The notes under the pieces were generated by a model. It was not told the origin of the DNA and searched no databases. It worked only from the letters and a program-made list of their open reading frames with translations. This document shows, piece by piece, positions 55,333 through 63,786 of a DNA stretch of 64,000 nucleotides (positions are counted from its first letter, which is position 1; every line of letters starts with the position of its first letter). Source of the stretch: Desulfobacteraceae bacterium (GTDB lineage: Bacteria > Desulfobacterota > DSM-4660 > Desulfatiglandales > Desulfatiglandaceae); NCBI GenBank assembly GCA_030613055.1, contig JAUWMR010000002.1:14150-78149 (forward strand). Reading direction: 5' to 3'. A program made the position numbers and the translations under genes.

Positions 55333-55651
55333 TCTTTAGCAATCTCTTTTCCAGTTGTTCACCGGCCGCCCTCATGATTTCTGCCATCACGTGGTCTTCC
55401 AGTACTCCGGAGAATTTTTCTCTCAATTCTTCCCTGATTGACGGTTTTATTTTATTTTCCGGTTGGAGGTCTTTTTTTTCTTCATGCCCCCCTTCCAGCC
55501 AGATTTGACTAACTCCCCAGGATTTTAACATCCAGATATTCTTTTCCGTAAGCTCGTCTCCTTTGTCCAGCAACAGGACTCCGTGGAGACTATGGACGGG
55601 TTTGGCGAGCACCATTCCGCTCTTTAACCGGTTTATGCCGACGGAAATCAT
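55322..55651 (-). CDS. Small protein resembling the N-terminal module of HD-GYP/HD-type signalling proteins
   Basis: 109 aa. INRLKSGMVLAKPVHSLHGVLLLDKGDELTEKNIWMLKSWGVSQIWL follows the L-K-x-G-M...G-x-L-L-L-x-K-G-x-x-L-T pattern often seen upstream of HD-GYP domains. Overlaps the HDOD gene by 11 nt. Confidence 0.55.
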   Translation of the reverse strand: MISVGINRLKSGMVLAKPVHSLHGVLLLDKGDELTEKNIWMLKSWGVSQIWLEGGHEEKKDLQPENKIKPSIREELREKFSGVLEDHVMAEIMRAAGEQLEKRLLKNEK

Positions 55652-55660
55652 CAGGGCCTC

Positions 55661-56020
55661 TTATTTTTTCTTTTGGAGTTCAATCAATGTTCTTCCCAAG
55701 AACTCGAGCTCAATCGGTTTTTCCAGATAACAGCTTGCTCCTATCTGTAATGCCTCCTGGATGGTGTCAGGATCACAAAATGCTGAAAGCATTATAACTT
55801 TTACATCCTCATCCATCTCTCTTATCCGGCGAAGGACGTCTATGCCATTTTCTCCCGGCATCCTGATATCCAGGATAACCACTTCAGGGCTGTTTTCCAT
55901 AAATTTTAATATGGCGTCTTTACCATCAATGGCTGTGCTTACCTCATAACCATTAAGTGACAAATATTCATTTAAAAGATCGCATATGGGCAGTTCATCA
56001 TCAACGACTAATATCTTCAT
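55661..56020 (-). CDS. Single-domain CheY-like response regulator
   Basis: 119 aa. MKILVVDDELPICDLL...LDIRMPGENG...YLEKP. Confidence 0.9.
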   Translation of the reverse strand: MKILVVDDELPICDLLNEYLSLNGYEVSTAIDGKDAILKFMENSPEVVILDIRMPGENGIDVLRRIREMDEDVKVIMLSAFCDPDTIQEALQIGASCYLEKPIELEFLGRTLIELQKKK

Positions 56021-56074
56021 TGGTTTTTTCCTTTGTTAATTTGCAGTCCTTTTAAACTTACCTATACTACAGAT

Positions 56075-56102
56075 TTATCGGATAATTTTATGCAAAACTT
56101 TA
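56075..56102 (-). promoter_or_regulatory. Sigma-28-type promoter candidate upstream of the CheY-like gene
   Basis: The minus strand reads TAAAGTTT...(17 nt between TAAA and CCGATAA)...TCCGATAA. Both hexamers match well; the spacer is 1 nt long. ~55 nt upstream of the ATG. Confidence 0.5.
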
Positions 56103-56115
56103 ATAACTAAAATTA

Positions 56116-56131
56116 AGCAAAATCCATACCA
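56116..56131 (-). promoter_or_regulatory. Sigma-54 promoter candidate upstream of the CheY-like gene
   Basis: The minus strand reads TTGGTATGGATTTTGCTT, nearly identical in form to the flgF candidate. ~100 nt upstream of the ATG. Confidence 0.55.
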
Positions 56132-56384
56132 ATTTTCAGCAAATTTCTATTAAAATACAATTATTTTCAGTAAGTTTTGGGAATTATGAGACGTTTTGTG
56201 CGGGTATATTAGTAGCTTAAAGGTAGGGAACCTGTTTCGAAAGACGTATGCCCGTTAATGATTGGTATAGTTCTAGGGTTAAGGTAAGTTTAAGTCATAT
56301 CAAAAGCTTGCAGGTTAGAGAAGTCCTCAAAGGACAGGAATCTCCTCTGAAACTAATCTTATTGAATTAAACGGATTCGGATTA

Positions 56385-56675
56385 TTAAACATTCTTATTT
56401 ATGACTTCAGGCGGAACACGATATATCACGTCGCCATTTTCATTGTATCTTTTGAATACTATTTTACCATTCTCATTTTCGGTTTTTTCGGTTTTTTCGG
56501 TTGTCTCGCGTTTCGTATCCGTTTCCGTTCTGGAACCATCGCCTGCTGTTTCAACAGGTCTTTCAGCTCTTAGCATGTCTTTTTTTTGCTTAACTACAGC
56601 CCGATGATCCGCGTTATCACTGTAGTTTACTCGAACTAAATACTGGTTTGTCACATCTCCTGTTATGTCAATCAT
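56385..56675 (-). CDS. Small acidic protein, possibly FlaG-like
   Basis: 96 aa with a good ribosome-binding site (AAGGAGA). C-terminal GKIVFKRYNENGDVIYRVPPEVI resembles the FlaG motif (v-k-v-v-D-x-x-T-g-E-V-I-R-x-I-P-P-E). Short for FlaG; weak call. Confidence 0.4.
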   Translation of the reverse strand: MIDITGDVTNQYLVRVNYSDNADHRAVVKQKKDMLRAERPVETAGDGSRTETDTKRETTEKTEKTENENGKIVFKRYNENGDVIYRVPPEVINKNV

Positions 56676-56908
56676 GATAATATGTCTCCTTGCTGAGATT
56701 TATAACCGGCAAGGCGATTTTTCCCATTTTTATATAGCCTGCCAAATTATAAACCTGGAAATTCTTCCAAATCGTTTTTATACACAATGAGTTAATTATG
56801 CTATTGGCAGGTATGTCAAAATACTTTAGAAAAAAATTAAAAAAATTATCAGATGGTGACGAAATAATACGATAACTATTTGAAAAAAAGCAGGAAATTT
56901 TGTTCTGT

Positions 56909-58606
56909 TTATTTTTTTGCAACCAGCGCTCGCAGATCCTTTTCAATCTGCTCGAATACCGGCGCCCAGTCTCCGTTTCGCTTTTGTCGATAAATCCTCA
57001 TGCTCGGATACCAGGGAGTATCGGTTCGCTTCAGAAGCCACGGCCAGTGGTGGGCAAAGGTAAGAACGAGCCATACCGGTTTGCCCATGGCCCCGGCCAG
57101 ATGGGCGACACCGGTATCGACCGCAACGACCAGATCCAGATTTTCAATAAGGCCCGTGGTATCTGTAAAGTCCTCAAGCTCCGGGCCAAGGTTGATCACC
57201 TCAATGCCTGCAGGTAAATCATTTGCCTGTTCAGCCGCTTTCCCCTGTTGTATTCCGATCAGGCGCACCCCCCTGATGCCTGCAAGCGGTTCAAATTGTT
57301 TTAAGTGGCAGGAACGATTCTGATCATTGGGGTTTTCAGGCCTCCCGGCCCATACCAGCCCGACTTTAAATTCGGCTCCTTGAAGCCGTTCCCGCCAGTA
57401 TCCCGCCTTTCCGGCATCTGCATGAAGATACGGAACTGTATCAGGTATTGTATCGAGAGTGGTATCGAATATTGCCGGAAGGCTCAGGAGGGGCACATAA
57501 AAATCAATATCTGCAGGCAATATGCGATCTGCGGATGCCGGTAACAACCGGTCGATTCCCGGGAAATTTTTCAAAAGTCTTAGAAGCGGTTTTTGGGTTT
57601 CAAAAATTACATCTCCGCCATGGGTTTTGACCATAGGAAAGTAGCGTACAAATTGTATCGTATCACCCAGTCCCTGTTCATCGTGAATGAACAGGGTTTT
57701 GCCTGTAAATGATTCACCGTTCCAAAGGGGGACTTTACTGCGCCTGAGATTGGCCTTTTGCCAGTCGGCCTTATTTAATCGCCATTCGAATTCCTTCCAG
57801 CCCGCCTTGAGATCGCCGGTCAGTAAAAGCAGATGGGAAAGGTTCCAGTGGGGGCCGGGCAAATCAGATCTGGTCTCAATCGCCCTCTTGTATGCGGCCA
57901 TTGCTTGATCATTTTCACCCTGCTCCTTAAGCAATAACCCGAGATTATTCAGGGCATAAACATGATCGGGTGCAGTCTCCAGAACCTTCCTGTAGCAGGC
58001 AATCGCTTCCTCCGGCCTGTCGACCGCACCAAGCACGGCCCCTAAAGCATATATGGCCTCGTTCCTGGCCGGTTCGATCTTCAACAGTTTTTCAAAACAG
58101 GCGATCGCTTCATCCGGTTTGTCCTTCTGATCCAATAGGATACCCGAATGATACAGGGCATCGGTATAATCAGGTTTGAGTTTGAGCGCTATTTCAAAAC
58201 TTTGAAGAGCTTCATCAATCCGGTTCTTTTTCATCAGTGCAACGCCCAGATTGCAATATGCCTGGGTAATATTTGGGTTTAGCCTGAGTGCGTTTCGGTA
58301 ACATAATATCGCTTCATCAGTCTTGCCCTGAACATGGAAGGCATTACCCAGGTTATTATGGTAGAAGGCATTGTCCGGGCAAATCTGAACAGCCTTACCG
58401 ATCAGATTAACGGCAGCACCATACTGCCCCACCCGGTATGCCATCATGCCTAACAGGTGCAAGGCCGGTGAATACTCAGGATCGGTATGATAGATTTCTT
58501 TACAGATCTTCTCTGCTTCGCGAATCCGCCCGGCCTGGTGATGTTCGAGCGCCTTTTTAAACCTGACGTCTGTTTCATGATGTTCGGCATTTGAACTCGT
58601 TAGCAT
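56909..58606 (-). CDS. TPR-repeat protein fused to a GT9 (heptosyltransferase-like) glycosyltransferase domain
   Basis: 565 aa. About 7 TPR units (AEKICKEIYHTDPEYSPALHLLG...), then LFIHDEQGLGDTIQFVRYFP...VGLVWAGRP...VAVDTGVAHLAGAMGKPVW, typical of GT9-fold enzymes. Confidence 0.8.
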   Translation of the reverse strand: MLTSSNAEHHETDVRFKKALEHHQAGRIREAEKICKEIYHTDPEYSPALHLLGMMAYRVGQYGAAVNLIGKAVQICPDNAFYHNNLGNAFHVQGKTDEAILCYRNALRLNPNITQAYCNLGVALMKKNRIDEALQSFEIALKLKPDYTDALYHSGILLDQKDKPDEAIACFEKLLKIEPARNEAIYALGAVLGAVDRPEEAIACYRKVLETAPDHVYALNNLGLLLKEQGENDQAMAAYKRAIETRSDLPGPHWNLSHLLLLTGDLKAGWKEFEWRLNKADWQKANLRRSKVPLWNGESFTGKTLFIHDEQGLGDTIQFVRYFPMVKTHGGDVIFETQKPLLRLLKNFPGIDRLLPASADRILPADIDFYVPLLSLPAIFDTTLDTIPDTVPYLHADAGKAGYWRERLQGAEFKVGLVWAGRPENPNDQNRSCHLKQFEPLAGIRGVRLIGIQQGKAAEQANDLPAGIEVINLGPELEDFTDTTGLIENLDLVVAVDTGVAHLAGAMGKPVWLVLTFAHHWPWLLKRTDTPWYPSMRIYRQKRNGDWAPVFEQIEKDLRALVAKK

Positions 58607-58612
58607 AATTTT

Positions 58613-61156
58613 TTACCTTTCGTTAAACATCCTGCGGTATGCCCTTTCCAGAGAACCGGTGAATCGGGCGGCATCCATCAGAAATGACCGGGTCATCCGG
58701 GGTCTCAAATCGCTGTGAATCGATTTGAGCTTTTCCCTATTATTCGCAAGACTTACTACCTTTTCCACGTAATCTTCGACAGATTCAGCAATGAATTCCG
58801 CAAGGCCCGCATTAGACAGGAGGCTGGCCCCCACGCGTGATCTATGGGTCCTTCCCGCTAATGTAATGACAGGTACGCCCATCCACAATGCTTCGCAGGT
58901 TGTGGTGGTGCCGTTGTACGGAAATGTATCGAGGCCTATATCGATGCGGTTATAAAGCTGTAAATGATCGAATATGGAAGGAATATGGGAGATAAGCTCG
59001 ATCTGACCGCGTCCAACGCCGTTTTGGAAAAAGCGATCCATCAGGCTGTTCCGTGTTTCGGGATCGGCAAAAGACCCGGCCTTTAAGACCAATCGTCCGT
59101 CAGGGACCTGTGTCAATATCTTTGTCCATGCTCTGATGACCTCCGGCGTTATTTTGGTTCGGTTGTTAAACGAACCAAAGATGATCCTGCCTGAATCCAT
59201 GATCCCTGTTTTTTCGATTTCAGGCGATTTTTCAGGAGGAGTATAGCAGAGAAAGCCGTGCGGCAGCCGTACCAGCTTTTCCGTATAAAGATGATCGGTC
59301 AGGCCAGGGGGGTCTGCCCAGGAATCGGTCAGCCGGTAATCCATGGATTCAAGCCCTGTTGTATTAGGGTAGCCAAGGTATGTAACCTGGATCGGGGCGG
59401 GTTTCATAGAGAACAGGAGCATCCGGTTCCCGGCTGTGTGCCCTGCAAGATCAACGAGAATATCGATTTTGTCCCGGCGGATCTGATCGGCTACGGTTTT
59501 ATTATCTATTCCTGCGATATTTTTAAAATAATCGACATTACGGGCAAACGCGGCCGTGACGTCGTCCGGACAGGTCACGTCCGAATAGAAAAAGATTTTG
59601 AATCCGGAGCGGTCATGCGCCTTGATTATCGCTTTAAGAAAACAGGCCACAGAATGGATCCTGAAATCAGGCGAAACATATCCGATACGTAGGTTGCGAG
59701 CCGGAGGGCCGATCCCTAGCCGGTCATCACTGTTTGCAAGAGAGTACATCGCAGCCCAACTGAGGTGTTGGGAAAACAGCCACTCCGGATCATTATGGTC
59801 CTGGTAATTACAGGCAAGAAGAAGATTTGAATGGGCCTCGGCAAAATCAGGCTGGATCGCAAGCGCCTTTTGATAATTTTCAATTGCTCTTGCAACCTTT
59901 CCCTGTTTGAGCAATACCCCTGCCATGTTATTCCAGGCCCTGGCATACCCTGGTTCTATCTCTAAGGCCTTTTTATAAGCTTCAACAGCTTCAGACAGCT
60001 TTCCCTGTTTTTTAAGCGTGCCGCCCAGGTTATTGTAGGTCTTGACATTTTCCGGCTTTAACTTCAGGGCCTTTTGAAAACATAATATTGCTTCGTCTGT
60101 CTTGCCCTGGTCACTCAAGGCATTGCCCAGATTATTATATGCTTCAGCGTATTCAGGGTCGATATTGAGCGCATTCTGATAACAGCAAACTGCTTCATCC
60201 AGTTTGCCGCGGGCTTTGAGCGCGTTGCCTAAGTTGTTGAGCGTTACCTTGTTGTCCGGTTTCAGCTTGAGTGCCTTGCGATAGTATAAGATGGCTTCCT
60301 CTGTCTGCCCTTGTTGTTTGAGCGCATTGCCAAGGTTATTGTATGCTTCAGGATAATCCGGGTTAAGCGCGATGGCTTTTTTATAACTGAATATGGCATC
60401 TTCATTATGCCCCTTGTCAGCAAGTACGTTTCCAAGATTGACATAAACATCCGGAGTAGCCGGATTTGCTGCAATGGCGTTGTGGTAACAGGAAATCGCC
60501 TCATCCGGCTTGCCCTGCTCTTTGAGCAGATCACCAAGAATAGAATACGTTTTAAAACTTTCAGGACTGATTTCCAGGGCCTTCCGGCAGGCTGAAACCG
60601 CTTCATCCAGCCTGCCATCTGCTTTCAGGGCAACGGCAAGGTTATTATAGGTATCGGGGTTTTCCTCATTGAGCTTAATGGACTTTTTGTAGCATGAAAC
60701 CGCTTCATCCATTTTACCCTGAACGCAAAGTATATTCCCCAGGTTATTTAAGGCCTCAGCATGATCCGGTTGAATCGCAAGGGCCTGGCGATAAGAGTCA
60801 GCAGCTTCGTCTGCCTTGTTCTGTTCATTTAATGCATTTCCCAGGTTGAGACGATATAAAGGGTTTGAAGGACTGATCCGGATCGCCTTTTTTATGAACC
60901 CTGCAGCTTTATCGTGTTCTTTCTTCTGAAAGGCGACAAGACCTATCAGGTTCAGGGTGTCGGCATGGTTGGGGGCGATATCGAGTATTTTTTTATAGGC
61001 TGCTTCAGCTTCAGGCAGGCGGCCTGATCGATGAAGAAAGGCCGCCTTTTTAAGTTCCCCGTTTAAGTTAAAAGCGGCCGGATACGGTCCGTTTTTTGAA
61101 ATATTCCGATGCCTTGCTGCGATCTTTCTTTTTCTTTTTAAAACCATATCCCCCAC
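58613..61156 (-). CDS. TPR-repeat protein fused to a GT41 (SPINDLY/OGT-like) glycosyltransferase domain
   Basis: 847 aa. About 12 TPR units, then LRIGYVSPDFRIHSVACF...FGSFNNRTKITPEVIRAWTKIL...DTFPYNGTTTTCEALWMGVPVITL, the pattern of bacterial OGT-like (GT41) catalytic regions. Confidence 0.8.
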   Translation of the reverse strand: MGDMVLKRKRKIAARHRNISKNGPYPAAFNLNGELKKAAFLHRSGRLPEAEAAYKKILDIAPNHADTLNLIGLVAFQKKEHDKAAGFIKKAIRISPSNPLYRLNLGNALNEQNKADEAADSYRQALAIQPDHAEALNNLGNILCVQGKMDEAVSCYKKSIKLNEENPDTYNNLAVALKADGRLDEAVSACRKALEISPESFKTYSILGDLLKEQGKPDEAISCYHNAIAANPATPDVYVNLGNVLADKGHNEDAIFSYKKAIALNPDYPEAYNNLGNALKQQGQTEEAILYYRKALKLKPDNKVTLNNLGNALKARGKLDEAVCCYQNALNIDPEYAEAYNNLGNALSDQGKTDEAILCFQKALKLKPENVKTYNNLGGTLKKQGKLSEAVEAYKKALEIEPGYARAWNNMAGVLLKQGKVARAIENYQKALAIQPDFAEAHSNLLLACNYQDHNDPEWLFSQHLSWAAMYSLANSDDRLGIGPPARNLRIGYVSPDFRIHSVACFLKAIIKAHDRSGFKIFFYSDVTCPDDVTAAFARNVDYFKNIAGIDNKTVADQIRRDKIDILVDLAGHTAGNRMLLFSMKPAPIQVTYLGYPNTTGLESMDYRLTDSWADPPGLTDHLYTEKLVRLPHGFLCYTPPEKSPEIEKTGIMDSGRIIFGSFNNRTKITPEVIRAWTKILTQVPDGRLVLKAGSFADPETRNSLMDRFFQNGVGRGQIELISHIPSIFDHLQLYNRIDIGLDTFPYNGTTTTCEALWMGVPVITLAGRTHRSRVGASLLSNAGLAEFIAESVEDYVEKVVSLANNREKLKSIHSDLRPRMTRSFLMDAARFTGSLERAYRRMFNER

Positions 61157-61188
61157 CTGTGGACTGCTACGACTCCGAATTATAACGT

Positions 61189-61204
61189 CGCAAATATCAT
61201 GCCT
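61189..61204 (-). promoter_or_regulatory. Sigma-54 promoter candidate upstream of the TPR-GT41 gene
   Basis: The minus strand reads AAGGCATGATATTTGCGA (GG/GC spacing correct). ~35 nt upstream of the ATG at 61156. Confidence 0.45.
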
Positions 61205-61329
61205 TTATTGATGAACTCGTAAAAAGTGCCAATCTTTGTCATTTCTTCGCACAGCTTCGCTGTGACTCAGTCCCACTGCTTCGCAGCGGGTTCCCAGTTT
61301 CGAGCTGTTATAAAATATATTTTTTTATC

Positions 61330-61356
61330 TAAAGTTTTCCCCATAGAATCCGATAA
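61330..61356 (+). promoter_or_regulatory. Sigma-28 (FliA) promoter candidate upstream of flagellin
   Basis: CTAAAGTTTTCCCCATAGAATCCGATAAA equals TAAAGTTT-N11-tCCGATAA with consensus spacing. Leaves a ~150-nt leader before the ATG at 61518. Confidence 0.65.
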
Positions 61357-61517
61357 ACATATTAAAGGTTCTTAAAAGGCTTAAAAAATGATCACGAAAG
61401 GAGGCGAAAATAGAGTTAAGAAAGGAAAATAGGCTTAGAGGCGCCGATGAAATCGGCCGAACAAAAACCATTTGGCAAGAAAGCCAAAATAAAAAACCTA
61501 GAAAAGGAGAATAAATT

Positions 61518-62651
61518 ATGGCAATATCATTAACACAAGGAATGAGAAATAATCTGTTTGCCCTCCAGACTACTGCAAAATTGTTGGAACAGACCCAGAC
61601 ACGGCTGTCTACCGGTAAAAAGGTTAACTCCGCCCTTGATAACGCGACCAGTTATTTTACGGCCAGGGGTCATATGGAGCGTTCCACCGCGCTCGGAGGG
61701 TACAAGGACGGCATGAGTGAGGCGGTTCAAGCGATAAATGCCGCGGATGCCGGTATTGAAGGTATTACTACTTTAATCGATTCCGCAATTGCTGTTGCAA
61801 ATTCAGCCAAGGAGGCGGATGCCGCATCAGGATACATGACCCAGACCCTTACCCTTACCAATGTCACAGCAGGCGACTTGATCACCATCGGTGGGGATGT
61901 CTTTACTGCCAGTGCAAGTCAAGTTGGTACGGGATTTTTGGTCGGAGGTTCTGACGCCGAAACCGCTATCAACCTTGCTATGCTTATCAATGAAACAACC
62001 GAAGGCACCAACCCCATAGACGCCACGGCAGTCCAGGGCACCATGATATCTCTCGCAGACACCGGCGAAGCGGACATGGTTGCCACTGACGTTGTCATCG
62101 CTTCCGCGGATGAGGATAATTTTGCCGAAGCCGATGTGGCGGCAAGCAGCGAAAAAACACAGTTGGTCGCCCAGTACGCATCCTTGATGTCACAGCTTGA
62201 CGATCTTATGGATGACTCCAATTACAAGGGGACCAACCTCTTAAAGACCGGCGCCGCATTCAACCTGACCGTAGAATTTGCGGACGATCATTCGCTTACA
62301 TTGTCCGGTTTTGATGGCTCTGTTTCAGGGCTTTTGCTAAATGCTGCCGCTACGAGCGACTGGGCAGCAAAGGCAGATGCGGAGACAGACATCGCTCTGC
62401 TTGAGGCCGCGAAGGATACGTTAGAGGTTGAGGCTGCAGACATGTCTTCCAACCTGAGTATTATCACGGCCCGACAGACTTTTACTGAAAGCATGATAAA
62501 AACTCTCCAGACCGGTGCGGATAACCTTGTCCTGGCCGACATGAACGAGGAAGCCGCTAATATGCTGATGCTGCAAACACAGCAGGCCCTCGGTGTCACC
62601 TCGCTGAGCTTATCGGCCGAGTCCGCACAGTCCGTCCTGAGGCTGTTCTAA
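61518..62651 (+). CDS. Flagellin
   Basis: 377 aa. Conserved N domain (LFALQTTAKLLEQTQTRLSTGKKVNSALDNATSYFTA) and C domain (DMNEEAANMLMLQTQQALGVTSLSLSAESAQSVLRLF). Acidic Ser/Thr/Ala-rich central region. AAGGAGA ribosome-binding site. Confidence 0.95.
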   Translation: MAISLTQGMRNNLFALQTTAKLLEQTQTRLSTGKKVNSALDNATSYFTARGHMERSTALGGYKDGMSEAVQAINAADAGIEGITTLIDSAIAVANSAKEADAASGYMTQTLTLTNVTAGDLITIGGDVFTASASQVGTGFLVGGSDAETAINLAMLINETTEGTNPIDATAVQGTMISLADTGEADMVATDVVIASADEDNFAEADVAASSEKTQLVAQYASLMSQLDDLMDDSNYKGTNLLKTGAAFNLTVEFADDHSLTLSGFDGSVSGLLLNAAATSDWAAKADAETDIALLEAAKDTLEVEAADMSSNLSIITARQTFTESMIKTLQTGADNLVLADMNEEAANMLMLQTQQALGVTSLSLSAESAQSVLRLF

Positions 62652-62673
62652 TTTCGACCGACGGATATAACAA

Positions 62674-62695
62674 GGAGGGGGAGCCTTCCCCCTCC
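62674..62695 (+). terminator. GC-rich hairpin after flagellin (possible partial terminator)
   Basis: GGAGGGGGA-GCCT-TCCCCCTCC, a 9-bp stem ~25 nt after the flagellin stop codon. The following T tract is poor (GCTCCTATTT), so read-through into flbT is plausible. Confidence 0.45.
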
Positions 62696-62732
62696 GCTCC
62701 TATTTAGACAACAATCCAGCCGGGCACGAACA

Positions 62733-63122
62733 ATGGCTTTAAAAATTACGCTAAAACCAAATGAACGGATGATCATCGGCGGAGCCGTTGTGTCCAACGG
62801 TAAGACAAAAAGTAATTTTATCATAGAAAACAAGGTGCCTGTTCTGCGCGAAAAGGATATCATGAGCGAGAAAGAAGCCGACACGCCCTGCCGCAGGATC
62901 TATTTTGTCATCCAGCTTATGTATATTGACGAGAATAACCTGACGACCCACCACAATACCTACTGGAAGCAGGTTCAGGATATTCTGGCGGCAGCGCCCA
63001 GCATGTTGAAACTTATTGACCCGATCAGCGACCACATACTCCACACCAGGTACTACCAGGCGCTTAAACTGACAGGAAAGCTTATAGAATATGAAAAGGA
63101 GCTGTTAAATCATGCACGGTAA
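62733..63122 (+). CDS. flbT: Flagellin synthesis repressor FlbT
   Basis: 129 aa. MALKITLKPNERMIIGGAVVSNGKTKSNFIIENKVPVLREKDIM...RIYFVIQLMY follows the FlbT family N-terminal pattern. Confidence 0.8.
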   Translation: MALKITLKPNERMIIGGAVVSNGKTKSNFIIENKVPVLREKDIMSEKEADTPCRRIYFVIQLMYIDENNLTTHHNTYWKQVQDILAAAPSMLKLIDPISDHILHTRYYQALKLTGKLIEYEKELLNHAR

Positions 63123-63480
63123 TTCATACAAGGCTTACACGGACGTCGCCACCGCAACCATACCCGCCCGTGAAACAGAAGCAAGGGTCCTGACAAAAGC
63201 CGCGCTCAAGTTAAAAGAATGTCAGAAAAACTGGGACTTGGAAAACTGCCGAACCGAACTGGAAGAAGCATTCAAATACAATCAGCAGATATGGTCCATA
63301 TTTCAGAGTGAACTGACAAAACCCGACCATCCAATGGACAGGCAGTTACGCCAGAATCTGCTTAACCTTAGCATCTTCATTGATAAGAGGGTATACGATA
63401 TCAGGGCGTATCCGGCCCCTGAAAAACTGACGGCAATAATCAACATCAACAACAGCCTGGCGGCCAGCCTCAGAAGTTAG
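63112..63480 (+). CDS. flaF: Flagellin synthesis regulator FlaF
   Basis: 122 aa. ...YKAYTDVATATIPARETEARVLTKAALKL... and ...NLLNLSIFIDKR resemble FlaF. Overlaps flbT by 11 nt, as in flbT-flaF pairs. Confidence 0.7.
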   Translation: MHGNSYKAYTDVATATIPARETEARVLTKAALKLKECQKNWDLENCRTELEEAFKYNQQIWSIFQSELTKPDHPMDRQLRQNLLNLSIFIDKRVYDIRAYPAPEKLTAIININNSLAASLRS

Positions 63481-63786
63481 CCCAATCCAGGAATCTGAAA
63501 ATTTTCGTTAAAATTTGAAGGCTTTGTAAAAAGTCTAACCCAGCGAATCTGTTATTTCGATTCCGCCAAAGGCGGGAGAGAAATCTTATGTTTTCAAAGA
63601 GTCACAAAAGTTAAAGATTTCTCGCTGTGCGAAGAAATGACAAGTTTTTAAGACTTTATACGAAACCATCAAATTTATCTCGCGAAATATATAAAAGGGG
63701 GACTCGTTATTGTTCCCTTTTTTTCACAGCTATTCCGATATTATATCATTCAAATATTCATATCAGGTGGGAAGGTGAGGTTGCAG

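Noticed and set aside
56668-56946. Minus-strand 92-aa ORF spanning the AT-rich spacer upstream of the FlaG-like gene.
   Set aside because: Low-complexity, Phe/Asn/Ile-rich translation of AT-rich DNA. It overlaps the 3' end of the GT9 gene and the start of the next gene, and has no ribosome-binding site.
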